A DNA stretch of 64,000 bases, from assembly GCA_963662545.2 (NCBI GenBank), contig CAXXLL010000002.1, positions 160,001 through 224,000 on the forward strand, written 5' to 3'. The notes beneath the pieces are model-generated. The model did no database searches. It saw only the letters and a program-made list of their open reading frames with translations, and had not been told where the DNA came from. Each line of letters begins with the position of its first letter. Positions within the stretch are counted from its first letter, which is position 1. Positions 1-14,902 of this stretch are shown one piece after another. Source of the DNA: Gammaproteobacteria bacterium. GTDB taxonomy: Bacteria > Pseudomonadota > Gammaproteobacteria > Ga0077536. A program made the translations under genes and the position numbers.

Positions 1-1
1 C

Positions 2-988
2 GGCGGCGGGGTCATTCAGGATACGGCTTCGAGCGCAACGCTTTGCGCGCTGCTCGCGGCCCGCGAGCAGGCTTCGGTCTTTACCGCGCGTGAGCGCGGT
101 ACGCCGGTGAATCTGATCGCTTATTGCTCGGAAGAAACGCATTCCTCGATGGAAAAGGCAATGAGCATCTCGGGCCTCGGTCACGAGAACCTGAGGAAGA
201 TCGCGACCAATGCCGAACTCGCCATGGATCCGGCTGTTCTTTTGCAAACGATCGCGCGTGACCGGGAGACCGGATTTCGTCCTTTCTTCGTCTGCGCGAC
301 CGTGGGAACAACCTCTTCGCTTGCTATCGATCCGGTCGCGGAAATTGGCGCCATCTGTACTGAGCAGGATCTGTGGCTACACGTCGATGCGGCGATGGCC
401 GGCACTGCGGCGCTGTGTCCGGAATACCGTTACATTCATTCCGGTATCGAACTGGCAGACAGCTACTGTTTCAATCCGCACAAATGGATGCTCACCAATT
501 TCGATTGCGACTGCTTCTATGTCGCGGATCGAGAGCCTTTGATCCGCGCGCTTACGGTGATGCCCGAATACTTGCGCAACGAAGCGAGCGAGCGTGGCAA
601 TGCCATCGACTATCGCGATTGGCATATTCCGCTCGGCCGGCGGTTTCGCGCAATGAAACTCTGGTTCGTGATCCGTTCTTACGGTGTTATCGGATTGCAA
701 GATTTTGTACGACATCATGTCGGCCTCGCTGAACGATTCGAGCAGTGGATAGCGGATGATCCGGAGTACGAACTCGCGGTGCGGCGCTCACTCAACCTCG
801 TTTGCTTTCGTAGACACGGCAGCGACGAAGACAACCAATCCCTATTACGTCGGCTGAACGAGAGTGGGCGAATGTTCCTGACACACACCGTGATCAACGG
901 CCGTTACTGTCTGAGATTCTGTATTGGCCAAACGTATACCGAGCAGAGGCATGTCGAGCAGGCGTGGCAGCTAATACGAGAATCGTGA
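2..988 (+). CDS. Group II pyridoxal-dependent decarboxylase (aromatic L-amino acid decarboxylase-like), 5'-truncated by window edge
   Basis: Frame open from position 2 (GGGVIQDTASSATLCALLAARE); WLHVDAAMAG and the PLP-lysine motif FNPHKWM; DWHIPLGRRFRAMKLW. Confidence 0.88.
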   Translation, partial: GGGVIQDTASSATLCALLAAREQASVFTARERGTPVNLIAYCSEETHSSMEKAMSISGLGHENLRKIATNAELAMDPAVLLQTIARDRETGFRPFFVCATVGTTSSLAIDPVAEIGAICTEQDLWLHVDAAMAGTAALCPEYRYIHSGIELADSYCFNPHKWMLTNFDCDCFYVADREPLIRALTVMPEYLRNEASERGNAIDYRDWHIPLGRRFRAMKLWFVIRSYGVIGLQDFVRHHVGLAERFEQWIADDPEYELAVRRSLNLVCFRRHGSDEDNQSLLRRLNESGRMFLTHTVINGRYCLRFCIGQTYTEQRHVEQAWQLIRES

Positions 989-1057
989 TGCAAAGCGCGC
1001 GACATTGGGTTCATACCTTCAATAAAAATGCAGGGAGTTGAATCGAGGTCACAGTCA

Positions 1058-1099
1058 ACGGCACCATCGAACTGGCGCCGTGAGAACTGCCCGGTTCTC
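1058..1099. terminator. Hairpins between convergent decarboxylase and fhs
   Basis: ACGGCACCA/TGGCGCCGT and GAGAAC/GTTCTC inverted repeats; no clear U-tract. Confidence 0.35.
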
Positions 1100-2772
1100 T
1101 AAAATAGCCCGACTATCCGCCCGTCGGGATCGACGTCGATTTTTTCCGCTGCGGGTGTACGCGGCAGACCCGGCATCGTCATCATGTTACCCGCGATGGC
1201 AATGACGAAACCCGCGCCGGCGGCGACGCGTATCTCGGTGATCTCTACCGTATGGCCGCTGGGCGCACCGCGTACTCCGGGATCGGTCGAGAACGACATC
1301 TGAGTTTTCGCCATGCACACGGGGAAATCACCGTAGACCGCATCGAGTTCCTCGATCTCCCGGCGCAGTTTGAGTGTGGCATAAATATCCGAGGCGCCGT
1401 AGATCTTCGTCGACACTGCGCGGATCTTGTCCCACAGAGGGTCTTTTGCATCGTAGACGTAGCGGTGGGCGACACCGTTTGCATCGACGATTTCACTCAC
1501 TGCCCGGGCCAGATCCTCAGCGCCCGCACCGCCTTCGGCCCAGTGGCGAGCGACGACCGCTTTGCCGCCAAGCGAGTGCACACGGTCGAGGAGCAGAGTA
1601 ATTTCCGCGTCGCTGTCGTGCGTGAAATGATTGATGCTGACGATGCACGGCAGTCCAAAATGCTGCCTGATGTTGTTCATATGGCGTTCGAGATTCACGC
1701 AGCCAGCGTTCAATGCATCGAGATTTTCATTGTTCAATTGATCCACGGCCATGCCCCCGTGGTACTTGAGCGCGCGAACGGTCGCCACTAGCACCACCGC
1801 CCGCGGTTTGAGGCCCGCCATGCGGCACTTGATGTCGATGAACTTCTCGGCCCCCAGATCGGCGCCGAATCCGGCCTCGGTGACGACGTAATCCGCGAGT
1901 TTGAGCGCCGTGCGAGTCGCGATCACCGAATTACATCCGTGCGCGATATTCGCGAACGGACCGCCGTGCACTAAGGCCAGGTTGTTCTCGAGCGTCTGCA
2001 CGATATTCGGGTTGATCGCGTCTTTTAGTAGCGCCGCCATGGCGCCGTGGGCCTTGAGATCGGCTGCGGTCACGGGCCGTCGGTCGCGGCGTGTATAGGC
2101 CACGACGATTCGCCCGAGGCGGGATTTGAGATCCTCCAGTGAGCTTGCCAGGCAGAATATGGCCATGACTTCGGAAGCAACGGTGATGTCGAATCCGTCT
2201 TCGCGTGGAACGCCGTTGGCGGTGCCGCCGAGAGCGATAATGGTGTTGCGCAGCGCGCGGTCATTCATGTCGACTACGCGTTTGAATTTGATGAGACGCG
2301 GATCAATGTCTAGCGTGTCGCCGTGGTGGATATGGTTGTCGAGCATGGCCGCGAGCAGGTTGTGGGCGGCCCCGATGGCGTGGAAATCGCCGGTAAAGTG
2401 CAGATTGATGTCTTCCATTGGCACCACCTGGGCATAACCGCCGCCGGCGGCCCCGCCCTTGATGCCGAAACAGGGTCCGAGCGAGGGTTCCCGCAAGCAC
2501 ATGATGGTGGTCTTGCCGATCCGGTTCATGGCGTCACCGAGACCGACGGTGGTCGTTGTCTTGCCCTCGCCGGCCGGGGTCGGGCTGACTGCGGTAACCA
2601 GAATGAGTTTGCCGTCGTCGGCGGTATCGAGACTGTGGATGTAATCGAGCGCCAGTTTGGCCTTGTAATGACCGTAGGGCACGAGGTGTTCCGGCGCAAT
2701 GCCGAAACGCTCGCGAACGAGATCGACAATCGGCTTTTTGACCGCCTGTTGTGCGATTTCAATGTCCGACAT
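1099..2772 (-). CDS. fhs: Formate--tetrahydrofolate ligase
   Basis: [46 protein letters not shown] motifs; 557 aa. Confidence 0.97.
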   Translation of the reverse strand: MSDIEIAQQAVKKPIVDLVRERFGIAPEHLVPYGHYKAKLALDYIHSLDTADDGKLILVTAVSPTPAGEGKTTTTVGLGDAMNRIGKTTIMCLREPSLGPCFGIKGGAAGGGYAQVVPMEDINLHFTGDFHAIGAAHNLLAAMLDNHIHHGDTLDIDPRLIKFKRVVDMNDRALRNTIIALGGTANGVPREDGFDITVASEVMAIFCLASSLEDLKSRLGRIVVAYTRRDRRPVTAADLKAHGAMAALLKDAINPNIVQTLENNLALVHGGPFANIAHGCNSVIATRTALKLADYVVTEAGFGADLGAEKFIDIKCRMAGLKPRAVVLVATVRALKYHGGMAVDQLNNENLDALNAGCVNLERHMNNIRQHFGLPCIVSINHFTHDSDAEITLLLDRVHSLGGKAVVARHWAEGGAGAEDLARAVSEIVDANGVAHRYVYDAKDPLWDKIRAVSTKIYGASDIYATLKLRREIEELDAVYGDFPVCMAKTQMSFSTDPGVRGAPSGHTVEITEIRVAAGAGFVIAIAGNMMTMPGLPRTPAAEKIDVDPDGRIVGLF

Positions 2773-2786
2773 GGGTTATTCTCGCG

Positions 2787-3146
2787 ATGATTGAAAACGA
2801 TCCAAGGTCGCGCGCTTGCGGCTCCGAGCAAGTCGGTCAGGACGGCGCGCGCGAGTTTATCATCAATTCGGAAGTCGAGCGTCCGCTCCTGTTGCAGGCC
2901 TTAGATCTGGCGCGCCACGTCGAATCGCAACCGGACGAAGACGTCGATCTCCTCGCGATCCCGGCCGAGCGATACGAGCGCGCCCCCATTCATCTGCAGG
3001 CGAACCTGTTTGACGCGCGCGGGTTGTTGCTGAGCGAGGGCGCGGACGCACTCTACGTGAGGCGGCCCTCAGCGCCGATGAGTTGTCGCACCTTCAGTGT
3101 GCTGCGTAGGGAGGAAGTTGAGCCCGCCTACGAATTTCGGCGCTGA
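2787..3146 (+). CDS. Hypothetical ORF (possible gene remnant)
   Basis: Open frame with GC-rich third positions in its centre, but starts only ~14 bp from the divergent fhs start; no recognisable motif. Confidence 0.3.
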   Translation: MIENDPRSRACGSEQVGQDGAREFIINSEVERPLLLQALDLARHVESQPDEDVDLLAIPAERYERAPIHLQANLFDARGLLLSEGADALYVRRPSAPMSCRTFSVLRREEVEPAYEFRR

Positions 3147-3171
3147 GATAGCGCATGAACGTTCGTTCCCA

Positions 3172-5735
<2,564 letters not shown>

Positions 5736-5757
5736 CGGGTTGGGCGTGGAAAGATAA

Positions 5758-7053
<1,296 letters not shown>

Positions 7054-7129
7054 AGAGTGGCACGAAGGTATTATTCACAACCTTGCACGGTACGCGCCTT
7101 ATCGAGGAACGTCTGAGAGTCGGGCGGTT

Positions 7130-7435
7130 GTGCGCGTCGTCATCGCGATTCTCCTGCTGGTTACGATCTATCTGCAATATTCGCTTTGGTTCGGGCGAGG
7201 GGGTATACGAGACGTGAATAAGCTCGCGCAAGCGGTCGAGGCGCAGCGCGACGAAATCGCCAACCTGCAGGATCGCAATCGAGCACTCCATGCGGAAGTC
7301 ATGGATCTCAAGCAGGGCCTCGAAGCAATCGAGGAGCGTGCACGCAGCGAAATGGGCATGATCAAAGACGGTGAGGTGTTTTTCCGGCTCGTCGACCCGG
7401 CGCATGTGGAGTCGGCCGAAGGTGTGACAGAGTGA
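7130..7435 (+). CDS. ftsB: Cell division protein FtsB
   Basis: N-terminal TM, LWFGRGG, coiled coil, EERARSEMGMIK; eno-ftsB-ispD synteny. Confidence 0.95.
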   Translation: MRVVIAILLLVTIYLQYSLWFGRGGIRDVNKLAQAVEAQRDEIANLQDRNRALHAEVMDLKQGLEAIEERARSEMGMIKDGEVFFRLVDPAHVESAEGVTE

Positions 7436-7454
7436 TCACGATGCAGGTAGAAAC

Positions 7455-8165
7455 ATGAGCGACGCCACCGTGTGCGCAGTCGTACCCGCCGCGGGGCAGG
7501 GTCTCCGCATGGGCGGCGGCATACCGAAACAGTACCTTTTGCTCAATGGACGAAGCGTGCTCGAACATACGCTCACCAGGCTGGCCGCACATCCTCGAAT
7601 CGAGCGGATCGTCGTCGCAATCGCCGACGGCGACCTGCGCTTTGCAGCGCTCAGCGACCGCCTGCCGAGCAAAGTGGTCGCGGTTCAGGGCGGGCCCGAG
7701 CGCTGCCACTCGGTGCTTGCCGGACTCGAATGGCTCAGTGAGCGCGTGCCACCGGAGGCCTGGGTCATGGTGCACGATGCAGCGCGACCGTGCCTGCGTG
7801 CGAGCGATATCGATCGTATGATTCGCGACCTGGCCGAGACGACGACCGGCGGTATTCTCGCAGCGCCTGTGCGCGATACGCTCAAGCGCTGCGACGCGGA
7901 TGATCGGATTACCGAGACCGTCGAACGCCAGGCTATGTGGCACGCGCTCACACCACAGATGTTTCGATTGCAGGCATTGCGAGTGGCGATCGAATCGGCG
8001 CTGGCCGAAGGGTTCATCGTGACCGACGAAGCGCAGGCAATGGAGCGCCAGGGCGTGCGGCCGAAAGTGATCCCCGGGCATAGCGACAACGTCAAGATCA
8101 CCCACCCGGAAGACCTCGAACTGGCCGCATTGATCATGAAGGCGCAAGGGGAGCCGCGGGTATGA
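7455..8165 (+). CDS. ispD: MEP cytidylyltransferase
   Basis: PAAGQGLRM, PKQY, VHDAARP, NVKITHPEDL. Confidence 0.96.
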   Translation: MSDATVCAVVPAAGQGLRMGGGIPKQYLLLNGRSVLEHTLTRLAAHPRIERIVVAIADGDLRFAALSDRLPSKVVAVQGGPERCHSVLAGLEWLSERVPPEAWVMVHDAARPCLRASDIDRMIRDLAETTTGGILAAPVRDTLKRCDADDRITETVERQAMWHALTPQMFRLQALRVAIESALAEGFIVTDEAQAMERQGVRPKVIPGHSDNVKITHPEDLELAALIMKAQGEPRV

Positions 8166-8635
8166 GGATAGGACAGGGTTATGACGCACACCGCTTCAAG
8201 AGTGGGGACAACATCATTCTGGGCGGCGTCGAAATTCCATTCGACAAGGGTCTCGCGGCTCACTCGGACGGCGATGTTCTACTGCATGCGATCTGTGACG
8301 CGCTTCTCGGTGCGTCTGCGTTAGGGGATATCGGCAGCCATTTTCCCGACTCCGACCCTGGGCTAAAGGACGTCAGCAGCCGGGATCTCTTGCGACGCGT
8401 AACCGAACTGCTGCGGGAGGCAGGCTACGCGCTCTGCAACATCGACGCCACCGTTATTGCGGAGCAGCCGCGCATCTCGCCGCACGTCCGCGCGATGCGG
8501 GAGAATATCGCCGCCGATACGGGGCTGGCGATCGACGCCATCAGTATCAAGGCGACGACGACCGAGCGCATGGGTTTCACCGGACGCGGTGAGGGTATCG
8601 CGGCGTCCGCGGTATGCATGGTGGAAGTAGTTTAG
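8162..8635 (+). CDS. ispF: MECDP synthase
   Basis: MRIGQGYDAH, HSDGDVLLHA, KATTTE. Confidence 0.97.
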   Translation: MRIGQGYDAHRFKSGDNIILGGVEIPFDKGLAAHSDGDVLLHAICDALLGASALGDIGSHFPDSDPGLKDVSSRDLLRRVTELLREAGYALCNIDATVIAEQPRISPHVRAMRENIAADTGLAIDAISIKATTTERMGFTGRGEGIAASAVCMVEVV

Positions 8636-8689
8636 CGCTGACAACGGCCGACTTCCTCGAAAACGCTCTGAGAGAGTTACAGAGGTCCC

Positions 8690-9226
8690 CTAAATCTGTT
8701 TGCGCCGCAGGAGTACGTACAGCGCGCCAGATCCGCCGTCGTTGCGCGGCGCCGAGGTGAAGGCGAGCACACCGCCGTGCTGGCGCAGCCAGCGGCCTAC
8801 CTTGGGCTTGAGCACTGGGTTCTTGCCGGGTGAACTCAAGCCTTTCCCGTGGATGACGCGCACACAGGCGAAACGCTGGCCGCGCGCGCGCTCGAGAAAC
8901 GCTGCGAGTCGTTCCTTGGCTTCAGGCACCGTCAACCCGTGGAGGTCGAGTTCATCCTGTACGGCATATCGGCCGCGTCTGAGTTTGCGTAGCACGCTGC
9001 GCTGCAGACCAGGACGGTGGAACTCGGTGACCTCGCTGCTGTCAGCGGCATCCCAGTCGAAATCGCCGCGATCGAGGTCGCGTATGACGGCGGTTGCATC
9101 GCGTTCGGAGTGGCGCGGCAGTGGCGGTGGCCGCGGATGATCCGGTGCTACCGTGTCATGTTCGAGTCTTCTTACCTTGCCGACGAGCTTCCGAAAGGAA
9201 TCGAGTTCCGAATCATCTTGCGCCAC
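8690..9226 (-). CDS. Smr/MutS2 C-terminal domain endonuclease (SmrA-like)
   Basis: LDLHGLT, VIHGKG, GGSGALYVLL; probable GTG start at 9226 downstream of GAGGAG; the longer ORF-track N-terminus derives from the MITE. Confidence 0.9.
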   Translation of the reverse strand: MAQDDSELDSFRKLVGKVRRLEHDTVAPDHPRPPPLPRHSERDATAVIRDLDRGDFDWDAADSSEVTEFHRPGLQRSVLRKLRRGRYAVQDELDLHGLTVPEAKERLAAFLERARGQRFACVRVIHGKGLSSPGKNPVLKPKVGRWLRQHGGVLAFTSAPRNDGGSGALYVLLRRKQI

Positions 9227-9256
9227 GATACCCTGTCTCCTCGTGGTAGTTACTAA

Positions 9257-9418
9257 GGAACCTCTGAATAAGTCATGGCACATCTGCCTTGCCCATGAAA
9301 TCGCGCAGCTCAGCGTTACGAAGCTTGCCAATAGTCCCCGCTATTGCCTGCGCTTCGTGCCTTGATCTGCACAATTGCATGAATAATTCAGACGCACCAT
9401 GACTTATTCAGAGGTTCC
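9257..9418 (+). mobile_element. 162-bp MITE copy 1 (IS5-like ends)
   Basis: Perfect 22-bp TIR GGAACCTCTGAATAAGTCATGG / CCATGACTTATTCAGAGGTTCC; flanks CTAA and TTAA; homologous to copies at 13350 and 31154. Confidence 0.9.
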
Positions 9419-9446
9419 TTAAATCGATCGCCGTGTCGCGGCGAGG

Positions 9447-12400
9447 TCAATTGCCGGCAACCCAGCGCCTTGCGTTGTTGAACAAAGCCATCCACGGACT
9501 TTCCTCATCACTCCAGGACGGTGGGCACCACGAATACTGCTTGCTCAGAAACCCTCGTTCCGGATGCGGCATCATGATGGTGATCCTGCCGTCGTCGGTG
9601 GTGAGCCCAGTGATGCCGCGTGGTGACCCGTTGGGATTAAGGGGATAAGACTCGGTGCATTGTCCGCGGTTGTCGACGAAGCGCAAACACACCCCGCGTT
9701 CGTTGTCCGGGGCGCCGGATGGCCATGCGGCGCGGCCTTCGCCATGGGCGACGATGATGGGCGCGGCCAGGCCTTCCAGGCCCGCAGTCAAAATCGAGTT
9801 CGATCGGACCACTTCGGCCATGACGAGGCGCGCTTCGAACTGTTCGGAGGTGTTGCGCTCGAATGACGGCCAGTGCGCCGCGCCTGGAATGAGGTCCCGA
9901 AGGTCGCTCAGCATCTGGCAGCCGTTGCAAACCCCGAGCGTAAACGTATCTACCCGCGCGAAAAACGCTTCGAACACGTCGCGGGCGCGCCTATTCAGGC
10001 GGATGGTTCCAGCCCATCCGCGTCCCGCTCCCAGGACGTCACCGTAGGAGAATCCTCCGCAGGCGGCGAGACCGACCATGCTGTCCAGTGATTCCCTGCC
10101 GTCGATGATATCGGTCATGTGTACGTCGACTGCATCGAAGCCGGCGCGGTCGAAGGCCGCGGCCATTTCGACGTGTCCGTTCACGCCCTGCTCACGCAGC
10201 ACAGCGACCCGCGGACGCGCGCCTATTGTGACGGCAGCGGCAATGTGGTGATTGTTGAAGTTCGTTCGCGGAAGCCTGATCGCAAGACCTGGATCATCGC
10301 GATCGAGAATGACGGCGAGTTCTTGATCCGCACACTCAGGGTTATCGCGCAGGCGCTGTATCGCATGCGTCGTCGACGAATAGCCTGCCAGCAACGCGTT
10401 TAAATCCGCTTTGATTACCTGTTTTCCTCTGTGGCCCAGCTTGAGCATCCGATTGTCAACAGGCCGTCCGATCAGGTGAACGCAGTCGCCAAGGCCAGTG
10501 GACTCCACGAAAAAGGCTTCGACGCGGTCGCGTTCAGCGGCCGGGATCTGGATGACGGCGCCGAGTTCTTCGGCGAACAAGGCCCTCAGCGGGTCATCAC
10601 CGAGCGAACTCAGATCAATATCCAGTCCGAGCCTCGCGGCGAACGCCATTTCCGCGAGGGTAACGGCAAGTCCACCATCCGAGCGATCGTGATAGGCCAG
10701 CAGATAACCGCCATCGTTCAGCGCCTGCACGGCGCGGAAGAAATCCGCGAGGTCGCGGGCCTCCTCGCAGTCGGGAGGAACGCCGCCCTGCATGCCGTAA
10801 CTTTGCGCCAGGATCGAACCACCCACTCGATTGCGCCCGTGCCCCAGGTCAACGAGCAGCAACACCGTGTCTTCGTCGCGGGAGAGTTCCGGGGTCAGGC
10901 TCTGGCGCACGTCCGTGACCGGCGCGAATGCGGACACGATCAGCGAAACGGGCGCCACGGTTTGCCACGTTTCGCCGTCGACATTCCAAGCTGAGCGCAT
11001 AGACATTGAATCTTTGCCAACCGGAATGTTGATTCCCAGTGCGGGACAGAACTCCAGGCCGACCGCCCGAACCATGTCATAAAGCCGGGCGTCCTCTCCC
11101 GGATGTCCTGCCGGGCACATCCAGTTTGCCGACAGCACCACATCGGCCAGCTGTTTAATCCGGGCCGCCGCGATATTGGTAACAGCCTCAGCCACGGCGA
11201 GGCGGGCGGACGCGGGTCCGTCGATCAAGGCGACGGGCGTGCGTTCGCCCAGCGCCATGGCTTCACCGACATGGTTCGAAAAACCGCTCGACGTCACCGC
11301 GCAATCGGCCACCGGCACCTGCCATGGCCCGATCATCTGGTCCCGCACCGCGAGTCCGCCGACCGTACGATCGCCGATCGTGATCAGGAAACGTTTGTCG
11401 CCGACGCCGGGAAAGGATAATACGCGCTCTAGTGCTTCGTGGAGATCTACCCGCGAGAAGTCCGGCGAAGCCAGATTCGTCTGCACGTGTTTCACGTCAC
11501 GCTGCATACGCGGCGGCTTACCGAAAATGACATCCATGGGTAGGTCGATGGCCGGCGTTCCCGTGAGGCTGTCATTTACGACGATCTGTTCGCGTTCGGT
11601 CGCCGTACCAACTACCGCGTAGGGACAGCGTTCGCGTTTGCAGATTTCGGCGATCTGTTCAACGCCGTCGGCGCTGACGGCGAGGACGTAACGTTCCTGC
11701 GCCTCGTTACACCAGATCTCGTGCGGCGACATACCTGGCTCCGCATTGGGAATGTCGCGCAATTCGATGATCCCGCCGCGATCGCTGTCGTGCAGTATTT
11801 CCGGAATCGCGTTTGACAAACCGCCGGCGCCAACGTCGTGTATCGTGAGGACGGGGTTGGCGTCGCCGGCGGCCCAGCAAGTATCGATCACCTGCTGGCA
11901 GCGTCGCTGCATCTCGGCGTTATCCCGCTGTACCGACGCGAAGTCGAGGTCCGCATCGATGGCGCCCGAACCTAGCGATGATGCGGCGCCGCCGCCCAGG
12001 CCGATGAGCATGGCGGGCCCGCCGAGTATAAGAATCCTGGCACCGGCGGGAATCGCCTGCTTGGCGACGTGCCCGGGCCGGATGTTGCCAAGGCCCCCGG
12101 CCAGCATGATGGGTTTGTCGTAACCGCGTACGGTACGTTCGGTATCACCAGGCGACTCGAAGGTGCGGAAATAACCGGTCAGCGCCGGGCGTCCGAATTC
12201 ATTATTGAAAGCGGCGGCGCCGACGGGTCCTTCGAGCATGATTTCGAGTGCTGTCGCGAGTCGGGGATTCAGCGGTCGTGCGGTTTCCCAGGGCGGCGCG
12301 GCGCCGGGCAGGCGCAGGTGCGATACGGTGAAACCGGTCAAGCCCGCCTTTGGCTTCGCGCCGCGTCCAGTCGCCCCTTCGTCGCGGATCTCACCGCCGG

Positions 12401-13331
12401 CGCCGGTCGAAGCGCCCGGGTAGGGTGATATTGCCGTCGGGTGGTTGTGGGTTTCGACCTTCAACACGATCGGCACGTCTTCGTGATGATGCGTATAAGT
12501 GAGGTTCGCACCGTTCACACAAAACCGCTCCGCGCTGTAGCCTCGACTGACCGCGGCGTTGTCCCGATAGGCAGACAAGACGTCGTTGGGATGGCAGGCA
12601 TAGGTGTTTCGAATCATGTCGAACAGGCTGAGCGGTTCCTCACGTCCGTCCACCGACCATGATGCGTTGAAGATCTTGTGACGGCAGTGCTCGGAATTAG
12701 CCTGCGCGAACATCATCAGTTCGACGTCCGTCGGATCACGTTCGAGTTCCCGATACCGATCGTCGAGATAATCGATCTCTTCATCCGCCAGCGCGAGGCC
12801 GAGAGACGCGTTGGCGGACAGGAGTGCATCGCGTCCCTCTGCCAGCAGCGGAACGCGCACCAGCTGCCCTGGCCGAGCCGTCGAATTGAGCACATTGAGT
12901 TCGGCGCACGATCGCATGACGGTTTCCGTCATTCGATCGTGTAGAAACGGCAGCAAGCGTTCGATGTCCTTCGGGTCAAGGCCGGTGACGAACCAGGCGG
13001 TCACACGCTCGATACGCGCGAGCCCGGTCACGCCGCAATTCATGCAGATGTCGGCCGCCTTGCTGGACCAGGGAGATATCGTGCCGATGCGTGGCGTGAC
13101 CAGAAAGTCGGGCTCGGCGGCTTGGTGGTTGCCGGCGGGGTCGCGCGCGCGCGTAAGGCGGTTCAGCAGGGCCCTCTCGGCAGTCGTCGCGCCGTCGGCG
13201 TTATAAAACCAGGCGGCGAACAAGTGCTCGGCGTCAATCGTCTCCAAGGCCGGCGCTACGTGTACGCAATCAGCCTTGAGTTTTTCGATTCGAAAGGGAG
13301 AAAGGGCGCGCCCGCCCCGTAGTAACAACAT
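9447..13331 (-). CDS. purL: Phosphoribosylformylglycinamidine synthase (large type)
   Basis: [36 protein letters not shown]; 1294 aa. Confidence 0.98.
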   Translation of the reverse strand: MLLLRGGRALSPFRIEKLKADCVHVAPALETIDAEHLFAAWFYNADGATTAERALLNRLTRARDPAGNHQAAEPDFLVTPRIGTISPWSSKAADICMNCGVTGLARIERVTAWFVTGLDPKDIERLLPFLHDRMTETVMRSCAELNVLNSTARPGQLVRVPLLAEGRDALLSANASLGLALADEEIDYLDDRYRELERDPTDVELMMFAQANSEHCRHKIFNASWSVDGREEPLSLFDMIRNTYACHPNDVLSAYRDNAAVSRGYSAERFCVNGANLTYTHHHEDVPIVLKVETHNHPTAISPYPGASTGAGGEIRDEGATGRGAKPKAGLTGFTVSHLRLPGAAPPWETARPLNPRLATALEIMLEGPVGAAAFNNEFGRPALTGYFRTFESPGDTERTVRGYDKPIMLAGGLGNIRPGHVAKQAIPAGARILILGGPAMLIGLGGGAASSLGSGAIDADLDFASVQRDNAEMQRRCQQVIDTCWAAGDANPVLTIHDVGAGGLSNAIPEILHDSDRGGIIELRDIPNAEPGMSPHEIWCNEAQERYVLAVSADGVEQIAEICKRERCPYAVVGTATEREQIVVNDSLTGTPAIDLPMDVIFGKPPRMQRDVKHVQTNLASPDFSRVDLHEALERVLSFPGVGDKRFLITIGDRTVGGLAVRDQMIGPWQVPVADCAVTSSGFSNHVGEAMALGERTPVALIDGPASARLAVAEAVTNIAAARIKQLADVVLSANWMCPAGHPGEDARLYDMVRAVGLEFCPALGINIPVGKDSMSMRSAWNVDGETWQTVAPVSLIVSAFAPVTDVRQSLTPELSRDEDTVLLLVDLGHGRNRVGGSILAQSYGMQGGVPPDCEEARDLADFFRAVQALNDGGYLLAYHDRSDGGLAVTLAEMAFAARLGLDIDLSSLGDDPLRALFAEELGAVIQIPAAERDRVEAFFVESTGLGDCVHLIGRPVDNRMLKLGHRGKQVIKADLNALLAGYSSTTHAIQRLRDNPECADQELAVILDRDDPGLAIRLPRTNFNNHHIAAAVTIGARPRVAVLREQGVNGHVEMAAAFDRAGFDAVDVHMTDIIDGRESLDSMVGLAACGGFSYGDVLGAGRGWAGTIRLNRRARDVFEAFFARVDTFTLGVCNGCQMLSDLRDLIPGAAHWPSFERNTSEQFEARLVMAEVVRSNSILTAGLEGLAAPIIVAHGEGRAAWPSGAPDNERGVCLRFVDNRGQCTESYPLNPNGSPRGITGLTTDDGRITIMMPHPERGFLSKQYSWCPPSWSDEESPWMALFNNARRWVAGN

Positions 13332-13349
13332 TCGATCTCTAACCCTTAG

Positions 13350-13511
13350 GGAACCTCTGAATAAGTCATGGTGCGTCTGAATTGTTCATGCAATTGTGCA
13401 GATCAAGGCACGAATCGCAGGTAATAGCGGGGACTATTGGCAAGGTTCGTAACGCCGAGCTGCGGAATTTCATGGGCAAGGCAGATGTGCCATGACTTTT
13501 TCAGAGGTTCC
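13350..13511 (-). mobile_element. 162-bp MITE copy 2, inverted relative to copy 1
   Basis: 8 substitutions versus copy 1 by hand count (~95% identity); exact TTAG duplication at 13346-13349 and 13512-13515. Confidence 0.92.
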
Positions 13512-14372
13512 TTAGGGTATGACTTCCACCTTCACCCAGACGTCGTAGACGTCGCTACCCTGGCGCCGCGTGCTGTAGAGCGTACCGCTCGTCGCATCAT
13601 TGAACGCCTGGGCAGCACCGCCGAGTGGTATCCATTCACCCAGCCGACCGCTGACGGTCGTTGACAGGCCGCGTGCATCGATCAAACCACCGCCGGAACG
13701 ATTGAGGTTCTCGGCAAACGGCGAGATCTCGAGGTGAATCCGGTCGCCCGCAACGCGCGGCAGGACGTAGAAACCTGAACCGACATTACGATACCTGATG
13801 GATCCGAACACGGTAGCGCCATACGGCGTCCACACCACCGAGTGCTCCGGCAGCGGGACGGATTTCCCCGCACTGATGAAAGCAGGCGAGCCTTCAATGG
13901 CATGCACGAAATGCGTATTGTCAGCGTCGTGCACGCCCTGCGTGCTGTAATTGCGATACTGCAGTTGCTTGTCTCCATCGCCATAGGTGATGCTCGCGCC
14001 CGGCCCGCGCCGCGGCCGGCCGACTCGGGCCTGAACATCACCGCCAGTAATGCGGGCCGACAGTTCGTTTTCGCGGATCCGCGAGTGAGCATCGATGTCC
14101 TGACGCACGGTGATGCGCAGTTGTTTCAATTTCGCATCGAGCGCCGCGAGGACGTTCTTGAGATCGACCAGGTTTTCGGGCGTTGTGCGGATGATCAGCT
14201 GGTCGTTCATGCCGGTTACAGTACCGCCATCGGTAACCAATGCCTGGAGCGTCGGTACGATGTCGCCGACGAGACGATGCTTGAGTGGAATAATCTCCAA
14301 GATCATTTCGGCACTTTGCACCGCTGGCGCGATCGAGATAAGGGCGATCGTTAGGATGAGGATACGGCTCAT
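13512..14372 (-). CDS. Exported secretin N-terminal (NolW-like) domain protein
   Basis: Signal peptide; LEIIPLKHR...GTVTGMNDQLIIRT...LDAKLKQLRITV; C-terminal TTVSGRLGEWIPLGG; ATGA overlap with upstream gene. Confidence 0.75.
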   Translation of the reverse strand: MSRILILTIALISIAPAVQSAEMILEIIPLKHRLVGDIVPTLQALVTDGGTVTGMNDQLIIRTTPENLVDLKNVLAALDAKLKQLRITVRQDIDAHSRIRENELSARITGGDVQARVGRPRRGPGASITYGDGDKQLQYRNYSTQGVHDADNTHFVHAIEGSPAFISAGKSVPLPEHSVVWTPYGATVFGSIRYRNVGSGFYVLPRVAGDRIHLEISPFAENLNRSGGGLIDARGLSTTVSGRLGEWIPLGGAAQAFNDATSGTLYSTRRQGSDVYDVWVKVEVIP

Positions 14373-14902
14373 ATGTGCAGCCTCCGGAAATTCGTGTCGG
14401 GCACGCCGCGTTCCCACATTTCCTCGATCCGATCGGCGAGCCCTTTGGCGATCCGCCTGTCATTGAAATCCGCCGTACCTTCGAAGCGATCGGAAAACTG
14501 GCGATGTATGTATCCAGTGTTATCGGCCACGAGGATCGCTTCATTAAACTGCTTGTGCTGAGGCGCGGGCGCGCGAATTTCAATGTAACTCGCTAGACGC
14601 GAACTCAGTTCGAGCACCCGATGACCGGTCGAAATAAGCGGCCTGGACTCGACGATGAACAGCCTTATTTGCGCAGTTCGGTTGTTCAAGGCCACGTTCT
14701 TGAGGGCCTCGACAAAGGCGTCATTGTCGTAGATGGCAGGGTCTAAATGGCGGCTGACGATCATCAGCGACTGCCTGCATTGCCGGGCCATCGTCACACT
14801 GATCACGGCGAGCGATTCGTGATCGTCGAATGTCAGCGGCGCGGCCGTCTCGCCGAGCACGGCGCCTTCGTAGCCGGCGATTTCACCTCGGACCTCAGAC
14901 AT
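14369..14902 (-). CDS. Conserved hypothetical protein of the kind found downstream of purB in Gammaproteobacteria
   Basis: SRHLDPAIYD, GHRVLELSSRL, WERGVPDTNFRRLHI; overlaps the purB stop and the next start. Confidence 0.7.
   Translation of the reverse strand: MSEVRGEIAGYEGAVLGETAAPLTFDDHESLAVISVTMARQCRQSLMIVSRHLDPAIYDNDAFVEALKNVALNNRTAQIRLFIVESRPLISTGHRVLELSSRLASYIEIRAPAPQHKQFNEAILVADNTGYIHRQFSDRFEGTADFNDRRIAKGLADRIEEMWERGVPDTNFRRLHI

Noticed and set aside
2773-2900. ZTP or THF riboswitch upstream of fhs (also checked upstream of glyA, 41501-41650)
   Set aside because: No GACTGGCG…CGCCTGGG pattern or other recognisable consensus by eye; an Infernal scan would be definitive.
9227-9331. N-terminal extension of the Smr ORF and small ORFs 13437-13664 and 30914-31180 sharing the peptide HD(L/F)FRGSL
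   Set aside because: The shared peptide is just the MITE read on one strand, not independent genes.
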